Assembly: GCF_023055435.1 (NCBI RefSeq)
Contig: NW_025963791.1
Span: 35,836,001-35,900,000, forward strand
Reading direction: 5' to 3'
DNA from: Haliotis rufescens
Lineage: Eukaryota
DNA: 64,000 nt
Positions 1 through 15,200 of the stretch are shown here, one piece after another. Made by a program: the position numbers and the translations under genes. A model generated the notes under the pieces. That model worked only from the letters and a program-made list of their open reading frames with translations, did not search any database and was not told the origin of the DNA. Within the stretch, counting starts at the first letter, position 1. Each line of letters begins with the position of its first letter.

Positions 1-238
1 CCCATACTCAATTATTTACAGACCACCGTCATGTAGCTCGAATATTACTGAGTGCAGTGTTATACAACAAATAAACAAACAAACAAATGACGTTACATGG
101 CATGAGAGAATAACTATAGTAATATGAAAAAACAGGTGTTCTTTAACTTCTATTGAGTAGTATATATATATAAATATATATATGTGTGTGTGTGTGTATG
201 AGATGCTGATATTTCTGAAAACGGTGAAATTTACAAAC

Positions 239-3200
239 CTCATTTTCTTCTGTTTTTTTCTTCTTGATGACAGGTTCCTGCAATTTCAGTGAACATATTT
301 CAGTGTTTGTTAGCAAAACATGCAATGTGATACTTGATGGCAACTCATCCAAATAGTCTAAAATCATACCGCTCAACTGACTCAGAAGAGATTTGGAAAA
401 TCTAGTGAACTTTTATCTCAATAGGTCCCTTCACATGCAAACCTATAACCTTATATGCACAACCATTGGCATACAAAAGGAAGTTCTATTAAAAAATATA
501 TGTTGAGGAGTTAAGCCATTTGAAGTGAAGCTAATCAGATGAAATAAACCTGCCTATCCCCCCTCCTGCAACTGTGTATGCAGATATATCGATACCTCAT
601 TCTCTACATTCTCATTCTCTGAAATGACTGAGTAAGGCCCTACAATGATGCCCATTTAACAGTTTGGTTCTTTGTAATTCTTGCTTTGCATTACATACAT
701 GACCAATAGAGTTTTTGATCACCACCACTTCTAATGAATCTATTTTGACTGAGACTGAAAGCATATGCTCAGTTAAGTTCATGATACCTATATCAGAGCT
801 TCAAAACTGTACCTTCGAATCTTCATTTTTAATTGAAGAATGCTATATAGTAACTATATTTAGCTTGCAACATTGATACTTTAAAACTTGACTAAAGTCA
901 TAATGTACACCTGTTTAACATCAAAGTCAAGCTGCAAACCTTAGAATCTTTCTTATCATCTTTCTTGTCATCCTTCTTTTCTTCCTTTTTTTCATCTTTC
1001 TTGTCATCTTTCTTATCGTCCTTCTTGTCTTCCTTCTTGTCTTCCTTTTTGTCATCTTTCTTTTCATCTTTCTTCTCATCTTTTTTGTCATCCTTCTTTT
1101 CTTCCTCTTTCTTGGGTGGCGCAAGTACAAGAGATTTGTAGATTTGGAAGCCAAAGTCACGCATCAACATCTCATTAAACAGCTCAGCAAACAGGGACAC
1201 CTGTAAATAATGATCCATGAGTACATCTCTGGGCAAAAGAAATTCATATAAAACTGAATAAAGGCAAAGCAAGTTATTTAAGAAACAAAATGCTGCCATA
1301 TTGGGTGTTACTGTCAAAGAAGCAAGAATTCTTATCTGTAGAGTATAATATGAGATGTACATCCTTGGTGAAAACATGATAATGGAAAACCCATCAATGA
1401 AAGTCAGTACTCATAGAAATATCCCTCAAGCAAACATGGTTTCCATGTTGATAAAGCCATAATATTTTCAACAATTTTGTAATTCGTCCCAGAGCATTAT
1501 TTAGTCATATTAGCAATTCCTATTACAAACAGATGATATAATGCTGAGTGAATGATGTAAGGGAAATAACTCTTATGCTTTGCTCTTCAGAAAGTGACTG
1601 GGCTGTGTTTGGAATTGTTGGAATGACAGTTGGTGAGTGCTAGAATGTCATGAATGAATTGGATTGTGTGTACAGATCGTCATGGTTAGGACAGTCAGTT
1701 GTTAGGATGTTTGACTATGCAAGCGACATGTTTGAGTTCAAGTGATAAGCAAAGTTTAATTACAGCTGGCACTAATCCGTCAACGGCGCACTCAGCATAC
1801 CAGTTATATGATGGCGGCCTGTAGATAATTGCCTCTAGGCCAGACAATCAAGTGAATACTATTGTAAGCAATGAGCCGCACCACCTTGGCACGATCACAT
1901 GCCTCTTATGACCGGCATGGGTTTGCTAGGGACCAGTTCCAACTCACGCTCAAGCTTGATAACATTAAGTTTTATCTGATAATACCTGGTCAACCTCAGA
2001 TACAGAGCAAAGTACAAGATGAGGAAGAAAAGTCAATGCTGAAGTACAGATCTCACCTCAAACGAGTGTTCCTTATTATCCTCTGGTCGGTAGTCTAGCA
2101 GGACACTGAGTGACATGAGGGAGCAGTCAAACTTGCCTCCCTTGGCTGTGGGGGAAGGGTGGATAATGATAGCTGGGTTGCTAGGCAAGCAGTACTTTCT
2201 CTCAACTGCTGCCTTCTCTCTCTTTTCCTTAGCTTTCTTCTCTTCTTCCTAGAAAAAAGTTACAAGTTATTAATGTTCATGATGCAGTCAAACATCATTG
2301 TGTCAAACTTTGATGTGTCAAACTTACGGTTGTAAAATCTTGGTCCCTGCATATTCCTTCTATATTCATCATTTTTGGTTGTGTCAAACCTCGGATAACT
2401 CTAAGTATTTAAGTAGGTCCCTTCAACTTTGACACAATGTTTGGCTGTTTTACATATTTTTGGCTGGTTCATTAATGTTTTTCGGCGCCTGTCCCCATGT
2501 TGCTGTGTGGGATAAATTCTGGCCTAATGTATCATGACACGACAAATTCTCTTTGTAATCTGCCAACACAAATATCTGGCTCAAAATAGTTTTCTCTACT
2601 GTTTCCCTCACTACTCTTACCATGAAGCTTCCCAAAAGCTCCTAATTGTGTCATAAAGCAAAGACACCGTACAGCAGTAAGTCATGCAGCAAGTCAAAGG
2701 GAGATAATCATAGAGTGAAAACATTCATGACTGACATCGATCTAAACCATCAAATACACCCATGAGACTAAGCAACTATACATATTCTTAAACATAGACA
2801 TATCTTCTCTTATTATCTGAACAGTTTCCAAGAGCCAACATACGTCTTTCTTCTTTGCAGCTTCTTTTTCTTCTGGTTCAATTTCATCAGGAACCTTGAC
2901 TGGTACCACAGCTGGCTACAATTGACAAAGTTGGATATTAAACAGAATTTCAGGTGCGTGAACCTTACACGTGGCAGACATGGAAAAAGAAGCAGCCTGA
3001 AAATGCTTCTGGGACTCCTAGTTGTCTTTTTGGAGACTATATCAGTAGATATTGGTTTTAACATACAAACAGCTGAGCTTACTTGACTGAAACATAGTTT
3101 ATGAGACTGGGGCTTCGGACTAAAGGGTAAACTGAAGAAGTAACTTAAATATTGTTGAGAACAATTCTCATTAAGATGATTTTCATTATATTATATTATA

Positions 3201-6200
3201 CATTTATATACCGCAGGTATCCAGGTACTAGTATCTGCTCAAAAGCGGTTTAATTTGTTCCCCAACCAATGGATCCTTTCGCATTGCAGTTATCATTCTC
3301 AACTCCCTGGGAAGTATACAACCTAAGCTCCCTAAGGGCGCTAGAAGGTTTTTACATGCACCTCACATATCAGGTACCCATTCCCTGCTGGGTGAACAGA
3401 GGCACATTTGAACTAAGTCCACGGTGACACCACAAGTTTTGACACTTGTGTTTTGGGTGTCTGTAGCTATTCGTGTTTCCACCATCTGGTCATCTACCAT
3501 CCGACAAGTGGGTTCTTTTGAGAGCACAGGGTGCATGTACTGCACACTAGGGTAGTGACAACACTGTAAGGACCTGTAAACATTGGTCCCAAGGCTGAAT
3601 AAAACTCGGTCATTAGCGGGATATGATCCCAACACCTGGCACTTGCTAGCCTGACACTGTTGACCGCTTGCCCACTCCAACTCCAAATCAAGACCTCTAC
3701 ATCAATATTGACAGAGTAGTTACACACATATTATTATGCACCTGAAGAATGAGTGAGTGAGTGATTATGGTTTTACACTGCTTTTAGCAATATTCCAGCA
3801 ATATCACGGTGGGGGGACACCAGAAATGGGCTTCACACATTGTAATCATGTCAGAAATCGAAACCGGGTCTTCGGCGTGAAGAATGCTTTAAGACTAGGC
3901 ACACACACATTATTATCAACCTGAAAAAAATATTTGTAAATTGTCAAAGGTGAAGGCAATACAACCTACACAGAAGCCTGGTCAGAAAGTGCATGTTTCT
4001 ATCTTACCACTAGCCAGTAAGCACAATAACAGTATTACAGATAATCCTAAGTTAACAGCTACTGTCTTACATTCTTGTAAGTTGCAAAAGCAGCAAAGCA
4101 TAAAAAGGCAAATCTAACCTGGCTTTTCTCCTCATCTTCATCTTCTTTCTCCTGTTTTAGAGTCTTGGTCAGTCGGGCAATCAACTGAGACTTGAGACCC
4201 TTAGAGCTCAGGGTTCGACACTCTAACTCATGCCTTAAGTCCACAATCTGTCAAGTAGTGAAGAGTCATGACATGATGTATTTGTCATCTCCAACCATTA
4301 GAAGATACAAGCTGAGCCCATACAATGTAATCACAATGGCCTCAAAAATCCACAAGGAGAGTTACATCATTGTTTGTTAGTTGTTGAAAAAGATTGAATA
4401 CCGCTTTGAGTGGCCCGAAAAAAGTTTTGCCCCTGGATCCTTTAGGTTTTCTCCCATATTTACCTAGGGACACCTCAGTCTGTAAGTGTTAACATTAGGG
4501 TAATGACAAGAGCACGTCATCCTTGTCATCCTAACGTTCATAAATTTAATATGCTTCTGTCATCACCAGATACATATATTATTACAAATCTAGCAAAATA
4601 TAATTATATAATGCAAATGAAGTAAGAAATGCGAAACTGAAAGCTTAAAACCTGTCTGTACTCAACTTTTGTACACAAAGGCCTGTGGTCTATATGTATT
4701 GGAAATAAAATGAATGAAAGACAAGAGCACGTAATAGCTTCTGAGTGAGAGAGTGAGTATGGCCTTTAGCAATATTCCAGCAATATCACAGCGGGGGTAC
4801 ACCAGAAATGGGCTTTACACATTGTACCCATGATGGGATTCAAACCTGGGTCTTCGGTGTGACGAGCGCTTCAACCACTAGGCTACCCGACCACCCCTCC
4901 ATAGCTTCTGAAAATTAACACTGCTATAGACAATGTCATTCATGTATCTTGAAGGTGATCATGAAAAGTCACAGTCTGTACTTTTCAGTCTTCTCCCCCA
5001 AACACATACTTTGTCATCAGTTTCAGTAGATTTTTGTTTTGGTACATTGACTAGAATATAGCTGACGTTACTAGACCAAATACATTTTAATAGACTCTGG
5101 TTTTGGCCAAGTGGCTGAAATAGCAGACTTAAGTCAGGATGCCGGTCTATGATAGCTTGTCCTACCTTCATGGTTTTGGGATCGAGGAGAGCATGGTTTG
5201 TGGGTTCAGACTTTTCCGCTGCTTCCTTCTCTTCCTCCGTTTCTTCCTCCGCCTACAGAACATAAGAGAGAACATTGTTACAGAAACATATTTGCCTGGA
5301 TTAGGTGTTATACCACGCAGCACACTCGTACAACCATCTTGTCCCATCCCCCCATCATATTCACTTCATATCCAGTTTCATAGGTACTGGGCACTGCCCA
5401 TACTTTCGGCTTATTTTTCAATCCTGCAAAAGAATCATAATTATGTGCCTGCTCCAAGGAAGCGAACTTGTGAAACTAATAGTGTACTTCTGTAGAATGA
5501 CAAGTGAATAAAAGTTAATTAACCAGGGATTTATCTTGGATTCTGAACTAAGTGCCCTGACAGGCTACATCAAGGGGGAAAATCATTATTTTGTTTTAAC
5601 TCGGATTTTTTAAAAAGTTCTTATAGTTCAATCAGAGGTAGTTCCACATTGTATTTTGAGATGGCATTCAGCCATAATATCAAATTAACATTGAAACCTC
5701 TTTCTCTTGATTGGACCTGTTACATGTGATTTACCTTTACAAAGGCCCCAAATTAGTTATTACATGAACTGGGAAATTTATCATTCCAATTTGGGAATTT
5801 TTGATGACATTTGCTGCTGACTTAGGGCCGAAAACCAGCATCTGAGCAGGTCTTGATAAATCCCTGTTCAGTGATCTGTTTTGATCCTCATATTCACAGA
5901 TAGTGATTACTTTATTTTCCAAGCCATTGGATAATATTTCACTTTGATAGTTTCTCTTAGACCAGGCACTTCTTTCGTGTAAAGTGTACCAACTCTCTGA
6001 TCATCCAAGTCCTACACTGAGTGAATTCTGTTGGATGAGTCAGCAAGCGCCAAACCATCCAGCTGGGTTAGTAGGAAACAGTGATTATAGTGTTGATGTG
6101 TGACCAGCCCTACCTCGGCCAAAGATCAGGATGATTCAATGTCCATAACATGGGTATACTGTCAAAGGGTCTAACGTACCAACTTTTCAAGTTTTAGACT

Positions 6201-9200
6201 TAATCTGAAAGATCAATAAAGTAACAATTAAACACAACTTTGAACTAAGGGAACATGATTACAGGAGCGGCCAAAGGTTACCGTAGATCAACAAGTCTGG
6301 ACACCTCCTTCACGTCTAACCTCTCTATTAAATCTTATGGCATCAAGCCAACCATGGCAGGACACCGATTGTGTTGAGCAAGTTCGGTCTAGCTAGAGTG
6401 ACCGGTGGGCAGTTCTCCTACATCTGGACTGTACAGACAGAGAGTGGTATATCAAACACACTGCATTGAGAAAGAAAAAGTTATAATTTAGTCAAGTGCC
6501 TGTGGGTCTGTCCCTTCGATGGCAGCAATCTTGCGTTGAAGCTGCTTGGAGTAGGCCACCTGCAGATTGCCCCACTCCAGGCGGGTTGGGCTACAAGTCC
6601 ACACGTCGGGCAAAAAAAGTACGACAGTTTCAACACGAGCTGGAACCTGTCTGCCTTTGTGGTTGGTCTCAGGCCGGAGATAGGCGATCTCTGCATACCG
6701 ATACCTGCGATAAAGGAGTGGTATGCAAGCTAGTAGGGATCTTTCTTCAGGGGTTGGGGTGGGGATAAAAAGGTGCTCATAGATGAACAATCACATCACA
6801 AAGGACACAAAAACTGGTACCTATTTCACCTATGATATTGAAAAAAAGTTTGAAAAATTAAAGATACAAAAAGCTGTATTTTTTGTGGAATCTTGATATC
6901 GTAAATACCTTACAAGACATTAAAATTTGCAACAACAAAATTCTTTAAACCAAAATAGAAAAAAATATATATTCAGCGCTATATAAACATGATAAAACAG
7001 TCATTTGAAATAAACAGCTTAAGCAAAGAAAAAAATTGCATGATTATTTTGGGAACTCTATGCCATAAACTCACCACTGGGTGCAGGAACTGAGATCTAA
7101 TCCTGTTAATGCTTTAGTCGTGCGTATGGCAGTTTTAATCAACACTTGGGGGTTTTCAGCTGGATTTGGACCATCCAGTGATGGAGACCATGCACCTCCT
7201 ATAGCCATCGGCTCATTCTTCCCTCGGATTCCCACTAGAAACTGTAGCAGACGTGTTGGGTGCTGGAACGAATCTGACTCTGTCTGGGCCAAAGCACAGG
7301 ACTTTTGGAACAGTTCTTCCATCAGAGGTGAGGCTAGCAGCATTACCTGCAAACACAATATCATATGCTTAGTACGCAAAAGAATTTTTTTTATAAAAAA
7401 TTGTATATTTATATACTTATCCTACCTCACACTCTCCATTTCTTCTTTCTTCTTTGATCCTATGTGGAAATGTGTTTGAAAAGAGTTTCCAGCCTCTTAA
7501 AAACAATTCATTCGAACACATCACAGCATCACCATGGTCAACACCCAAACAAATGGGTCACGCCCTGTAATCATGTGCATATTGACCTACACAACCTGAT
7601 CATGTGTTTACCCCTGCCACATCATCCTATTTTGTCAGAGCTAACAGGCTAGAGGGGTGCAGATACCTCAGCCTGTATAGACTACAACCATGAGACAAAC
7701 ACGAGGAAGTTGGTGCCAAACAGTGAAATAAATACAATATCTAAAACACTGCCTAGTGTCGTATTAGAGAGAAACTCATGAGCGGGAAAACACAAAAACT
7801 TGTGATACAATCCTGATACTTCAGTCTGACTAACAGCATGACATCGAGTATAACAAGCTGAGTGTATATTCAGGTATGACGTCGTTACATGAACGACCGC
7901 ATGGCTGTAAAGAACGGGCTATATAGCGTACTACATATGATCGATCCGAAGGGGTATCCAGTCGATCGATTCTACAAGACAGGACACAACACTATCTCCC
8001 ATGGACATCAGAGTGTGACTGCTCGGCATCTCTATTAAGGCTGCATCAAAGCTATCAATCTTGCTCGAGGGATTGAAGCATGTCAAGACGAGAAGAGGAA
8101 CAGCAATATCCACAAGAGGATCTTCAAGCCAGTATCAAACAACACATGCTCAAGGCAGAGGTGAGCAGAATACAGGGTTGGGAGACTATCATAACGGCTG
8201 TGACTTGAGGCGACTTATATGTTGAAGACCTAAGTCTATACAGACAAGTGAATCCACTCTCCAATTGGGTACTCAGTCTGGGGACCAGAACAATAAACAC
8301 AGGAGCTAAAGATTTATTCTGTATAATTATTCCGTAGTACGAGAGAGCAGGAGTGGGTACAGGCATCAGTTATCTGTGCTGGTGTTCATTCGACAGCTGC
8401 TGTGTCCATAATGGCTGACAGGGTGCAGTTCCTGTTAAAGACCATGGTGGAGGTGACAGTTTAAGTCTTGTGAGGATTGGACGTGATCGGAGGCAAATAA
8501 ACAAGCAAAAGTGTAGGCCCGTATTATGGTCGACCGGAGCCAAAAGGAAATTGTGGAGACTTCAGTTAAGGCCGCCGTTGAAAGTGGGATGAAGAACCTT
8601 TTCCAGGAGCGTCAAAGTGGTCTCACAGCTTCCAAGTAGATTCAGAGCGCTCGAATAGGACGTAAGAGAGATCTTCAAGGTAAGCAAGGGGCTGGAGAAA
8701 TGATTGTCACTACCCAGTACAACATGCGAAGGAGCAGGAGAGGCAAGGAGGCTGGAAGCAGACATTCTAGGAGCAGTAGAAGGGTCCACCACAGGTGTAG
8801 ACAAAGTAGTTTCGGAAGGATCAACGGAGAGAACCATCCAGTGTAACGACAGATGGGACAGTCAGCATGCTGGACTTCTTTGACTTGGTAGCCGATGATT
8901 TGCGCTTGACGTGACACATTTGTTTAGTAGGTGACCATGGTGATGCAGGAATGTGTTCGGGTGAATTGTTTTAAAGGAAATTGTTCAAGAATGTTTCCAG
9001 ATGAAAGTTTAAAAATTGTTATGTTTTGGAAAAAATAGTAGATTTTGATTGGTCAATTACAGGTTTCAAATCAGATTGGTATTTTTAAGTAACACCTCCC
9101 CCCCCCCCCCCCCATCCCTGCATGCAATTCCAATACTCATATCAAGCTAGTGACTTATGTAACTACTTTGAGGGAGATAACAAGCAGTCCTAGATTTTCA

Positions 9201-12200
9201 CAAGTCTCAGTCTATCAAACTAGCTAGTGGCCGAATCTAACCCTGCAGAGAGCTTGAAATTTGGCTATTCTCAATCTCAAACTGTGACATCACATTCATT
9301 ACTATTCAAACATACATGTGATGTGGCTTAGTTTTTCATAAATGTCAATCAACTTTCCAAACATTTCCCTTGGAAACTTGTTGGACATACCTTGGAACTG
9401 AAGCTATGGTCAGCATCTGGGGCCTCATAGACAGCGTCATTGGGCTGAAGCGGCTCTACATCTTTCTGCATGATGTGGAACTGGCAGTTGGAGCCGAGGC
9501 GGAAAGGTCGGCCAACAGGGAATACATCAGCCCATGAGAAGCCAGCATGGAAGAAATCACTTGGTATGTACAAGTTACTATAACGTGACTTGAGAGCAAT
9601 TACATTTCCTCCTTTCCTGCAAAGATAAATACAGTGACATTAGAACATTAACCATGTTGACTGTCATGACAAAAATGAATCATTTCATACAAATCATGAT
9701 AAAAACATTGTAAACATACAATATCAAGTTATTTAATGTTGTGAAAACATCTAAAAGGGTAACTTATTTTTACAGTCCCTCAGATTGTCAGCAGGCCTGA
9801 ATCAAGTTTATTTAGTATGCAGGCCATATGGCCCAAAGTACAAAACGATATGTATGTCAGCTTCGAATTAGGTTGTGGGAATACATTTTATAACACAATA
9901 GAGACATAGCTACAGTAGTATCTGTATATGTACAATATGCAATGGTATTCAATTGAAGTAATTCTAAAATGTCTACATCGGACTAATATGTGTGGAATTA
10001 AAAGTAATGTAGAGAACATAGAAGTTTTCCCACTTGTGAAGCGCTAATAAAATAATCATGAAAAGTTCTATAACGTTAAGCATCCATAAAATGCCCATTT
10101 GAAACATCACATAGTTTATCAATGAAAAATAAGTCAGAGAACCCAATTTGGAGCACTTCGCGTACCTTCAACCTACACATTTGGGCCTTCACATTTCATA
10201 GATGATTTAAATCGACCTGAAGCTCTGCTCTGATGTGCTGTTCTCAGAAACCATCAAATAAGGTAAATTTTAATTGATTAGAATATGCACTGCTGTCTCA
10301 AGGGAACCACACAGGATACAAACACATTAATATCATATTCATTGAACAGCCTGTGAAAAACTAGAGTTGTACTCACGTTTCAAGTGACAACTTGGGTATC
10401 TGTACAACATATCTTGGAATAACCCTAGCAGGCCGCCTTCGTATAGGACTCCTAGGTCTTGGAGCTGGAGACTTGACAGAACGAGATGGAGATCGCTGAC
10501 GCTTTAATCTGTTCTCTTTCCTTTCACGTCTTTCCCTCTCTCGCTCCCTCTCTCTTTCTTTGTCTCTGTTGTTTTTTACCCCCTGGAATCGCCCTGCATC
10601 ATTGCGGTGAGGTGGACCACCACCTGACCTTTGAGCTGGGAGTAGACCTGACAGGAGGGAAAACAAGTTCAGACAAATGATTCTGAATACAACTATAACT
10701 GACACCTTGAGGTAGAAACAGTTGGTAATGTTGGCAATGCGGGCAATGTAAGCATATCATGCTGGCAATATATTCTGGTAATTGAGAGTTAGTGTGATAG
10801 CTTGGGTGTAACAAGCAATAATCAGGTACTCAAAGGATGAAGTTTCACTATACTGTATATTATTTTCAGAATAGATTAACATAAGCTACATAAGTAGATC
10901 CAAACAAATTTGACAAAACACAGATTTCATAATGATATTTGAAAATACATTTATCATTTGAGTCAAACTGAACAGAAAATTAGCTGCCACAGGTTTTCAA
11001 GTACATGGTAATTGTTTAGCTCCTCATAAAAGTCTACTGGTGGAAGCAACCACAACATAGAAATCGTCAGTACCTAGAGATGGCTGTGGGTTCTGTGCCA
11101 TGAGAGGGGGTGGCTGCTGTGAGAGGACTGGTCCTGCAATCGACTGTGTAATGATCTGGTTCCCAGGCATTGGGTTCATGTTGCCAACTGGAGGCACGGG
11201 TTGTGGGATACTCACACCCGGGGGGTTCAACCCTGCTCCAATTGTCAGCTGAGGTGCACCTTTAAGTCCTGTGGGGATGTTTGGTGCTCCCTAGACATGG
11301 AAAAAAACTATTTTCAGCAACATGATTGAGCAGGGTTTTGTTGTCATAGTCACAGAATAGCATCTTACACTTCTACAACATGAACAAGATATCATGTGCA
11401 TTTCAGTTATGAAGAAACGTAAGAGTAAATCAATTTTATTTCAAACAAAATACCCTTATCAAACTCAAACTGTGCAGCAATAATACTGTGCATATCTACA
11501 ATGTGCCAAATCCACACCATAAAGTATGCTCAAAGGGAAACAATATTAACCTGGTCAATGGATCAGTGTACACTTGATTTGATTTTCATTCTCAGCTTCT
11601 GGGGCAAGGCACTAGAAGATTAACAGTCAAATACCAGGTGCCCATTCACTGCTGGGTGAAGAGGCATATTTTGAACAAAGCCACTTGCCAAAGGAGACAA
11701 CATATGTGCTACATGTGCTTCAGTTTGGGGCAGAACCCTAGCCCAAGAAACTCTCAGGAGTCAAGCTCCCGAAAGGAGTTGCCCATCCAAATGCTCTTCA
11801 AGATCAACATTTGCACTATTTTAGTAACAACTAGCTCACAGCTACTCCAGAGCATTGCTATGTGGATGATTTGCTATGTTTACACGAGATCGTCTGCATA
11901 CCCAATATTGTGCAGATCACTGCACTGTTTCTCTGACTTTCCTGGTTCCCATACCACTTACAGCATATCACAAATTTGCAAAAAACACCTCTTGCCCAGG
12001 GTTCCCCCTAGACTCCAATATCTGAGAGTCACCTTGACTCAGCCTATGAATTTTTGTGAGTCAAAAATATTTTTTGAGAATCAAATGTTTTATTGTATGA
12101 TTAATGAAATTTAAAGTGTTCACTGTTAATGTTACACTTTAAGTTAAGTATCTTTTAAATATTATATGTCTTTAGTTTAAGTTAACAAGTGCTAATTAAT

Positions 12201-15200
12201 GTTCTCAGCTGACTATACTACAGAGAAATATTTTTTCACAATCTTTAATTACTTCACAGCTCATGAAACAATTTACAGTGACACTAATACAGGATGAATA
12301 AATAACTCAGTCTCAACTGTGAGACATAATTTTTAATCATGGATGGATATTAAAATACATTTTATGTCAGATTATAATTTAATACCACTAACTCATTAAC
12401 ATCTTTTATCTAGTTATCTTGTATTATCTATCAACAGTGAAGTTGAACTGAAGAATTGTGAACACTCGTTATATTTTCTGGTTGAATACAGTTTATTAGC
12501 AACAACAAACACGCTCAAAGCTTTACATTTCGTATATACCATATTTATTCGTGTATAATACGCTCTCGTGTATAATACGCATCCCTAATTATGGGCAATT
12601 AAATCCTGAAAAAAATATCTCTCGTGTATAATACGCACAGACTTTTCTTCAGTCTCATTTCAGGCTGTCATGATACGTCATCGTAAATAGCATAACAAAT
12701 CCGAATTGAATTACGCAAGTTAATCCACTATCTGGTAATAAAAATGTGTTCTCTGTATGTCGGACCTTATGTTTGTCATCTATTTTATTAATTTTATTTA
12801 AAACTTCATTCAATAATGTTAACCTAAATTTCGGCAAAAACATGTGTCCCTCCGATACTTACAACTTCCGTTTACCCCGTTCCATAGGTTCCGCTTAACC
12901 AAATCACATTATTCACCGCAACAATGATAATATTTTCTTCTGTTTCATTTTTTACAAGTCTACACATCTAGATAAACATATGTCATGGTTAACTTTTAGT
13001 GAGAAAATATGCCGAAACGTGAAAAACCTTGTCCATTTGCGGAGTTTTCCTTTGTTTACATCAAGTGCTGTCATCGAAGCCACACGGAGTGTGAGAGTTA
13101 CGTTCACTTTGATGAATAAATATATTTTGTCGTGTACCTCACAGTCGCACAGTTTTAGTAGCATATTTATATAATTATGCAAAAAAATATGTAAAGCCCC
13201 CGGCTGTTCTGATTTTAGCGTTTGTTTTACAACGAGAGAATAGTCTGGTCATGTGACAGGCTATGCAAATTAGCCCATGGCAGTGGTGTTATGCGAAGTT
13301 ATGTTACTTCTAAAAACGACGGTTAATTAAAAACTAGACGTAAATTGTAAGACGTTTGCATATATTGTCTTCGGAAAATGTTTATAAATTAAGTTCAGGT
13401 GAGTAGTTGTAATATTTTCATTCGAAAGCTGGTAAACAACAACATAGATATTTTGAAACTGCGTCAGTCATGACGCAGCCATTTATTTCTGGACGTATTT
13501 TTCCTTAATTGAGAGTCATATACGCAAGAATTCTGCATCAGGGAAACCCCTGCTTACCTGATTAGCCAAGACCTGTATTCTGGTTGCATTCCATTTGAAG
13601 GGCATGTTGGCATTATAGGTGGCTTCCACTAGAACTCTAGATCCAACTTTTGGCAAGCTTCCTTTGACACAACTGTAGAATAAATAAAATGTCAACTCAC
13701 AATACAACATCAAACACGATATCAAACATTTGAGAAGTCAAACCATCAAACCAACCAAATGAGATGTTTTCAGAAATAAAGTGTTCACTTCATCTTACAT
13801 CTGACAAATAATTACACTCCCATAACTCCGTCATCCCGAGGCAAGGGAGTTAACAGACTACAAAAGTCCAGTATCCACCCTTGGCCGAACTAGGCTGGAA
13901 TGATGGAGTCATATTTTGGCTGGACTAAAGTGTCTATGCATAGTCCAAACCGTGTAACGAAATAGATATCTGCTTTGCAGATTTCGGTCTCTTGCTGGAT
14001 TTGCAAAGCATGTGTTCTGTCAACTCGGTATCAACAGATATTTTCCAAATCTTTCCGTGTTTTTAATCAAGATGCCAAAGCGATATGCATTTCGTGAGGT
14101 AAGACCTGTTTTAATTACAATATAGATCTTGCTTATCGGTCAGATCATCTTGACTGGGTGCCACCATTTTGCTTGAAGCAATTGTACGTTATATGAGAGG
14201 TAGAATCTGATTGGTCAAAAGGATGGACACAGAAGGGATATCACTCGTAATAGAAACTGGTGGTCCTGCGATCAAACCCAGAAATTCCAGCCTTGGGTGG
14301 ATACTGGACTTTCATAGTCAGTTAACTCCCTTGCCTTGGGAAGATGTAACTCAGTTAAATCTGTAATAATACAATGTTACAATAATACTCAGTTTCTTAA
14401 TCAAGTAACGAGGTCTTATTTACTTTCCAGTAATATCAAATATTAGCTATATAATGTGAATGATTCTTTTCAAAATTAATTCAGCATGATTAGAATAATA
14501 AAAATTTGAACCATATCTCATTTAAATACTTCTTCTTACAGTTCACTTACGTAGTCTGAAAAAAGACATCATCATCTACAAATCCAAAATTGTCATGTAG
14601 TTTTGTGACTGTTCCTGTGAAGACTCTCTGTTTGGGTGACTGTGGCTGTGTGATGCGTGGTGGTGGATAGCTCACTGTGGCTACTTGGGAGGTGGCTAGG
14701 GTGGTGGGGATGGCAATGCCCGGCTGGGGAAGTACAGCTGCAGCTGCAGCTGAAGCAGCAGCCTGCTGTAGTTGTTGCTGAAGGAGAAGAAAGACTAAAT
14801 AACACATAGACTAAACATTACAAGGATTTTTATAACAGATTTATGATATTGACACTTGCTAAAACTTGGAAAATGTGTTCACTTATAGTTTACGGAATAG
14901 TGAATCACAAAAATGACAAAACTTGAAAAAATCTTAAAATAGGTTACAGGGATGTATCTTGGCGGGAATGTTAACCAAGAATGTCTACTAGCCTGAAAAG
15001 TGACAATATACAGCAATATACAGCAATACAGCAATACCCAATACTAGCCCTTAGGATACCTTTAAAATTAGCCAAAATGGTCCAGGCTAATGGGATAATG
15101 CTAAGTTCCATCCCTGCTGGTATTAGTAGGCCTGCTCAGAGGCCAATATTCGGCCCAAAGTCTGCAGCAAATGTCAGTAAATATTCCCAAATTGGAAATT

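Noticed and set aside
7650-8930. GC-richer intronic block with short ORFs, possibly an old non-LTR element
   Set aside because: No diagnostic endonuclease or RT motif could be read; needs a Dfam or TBLASTX search
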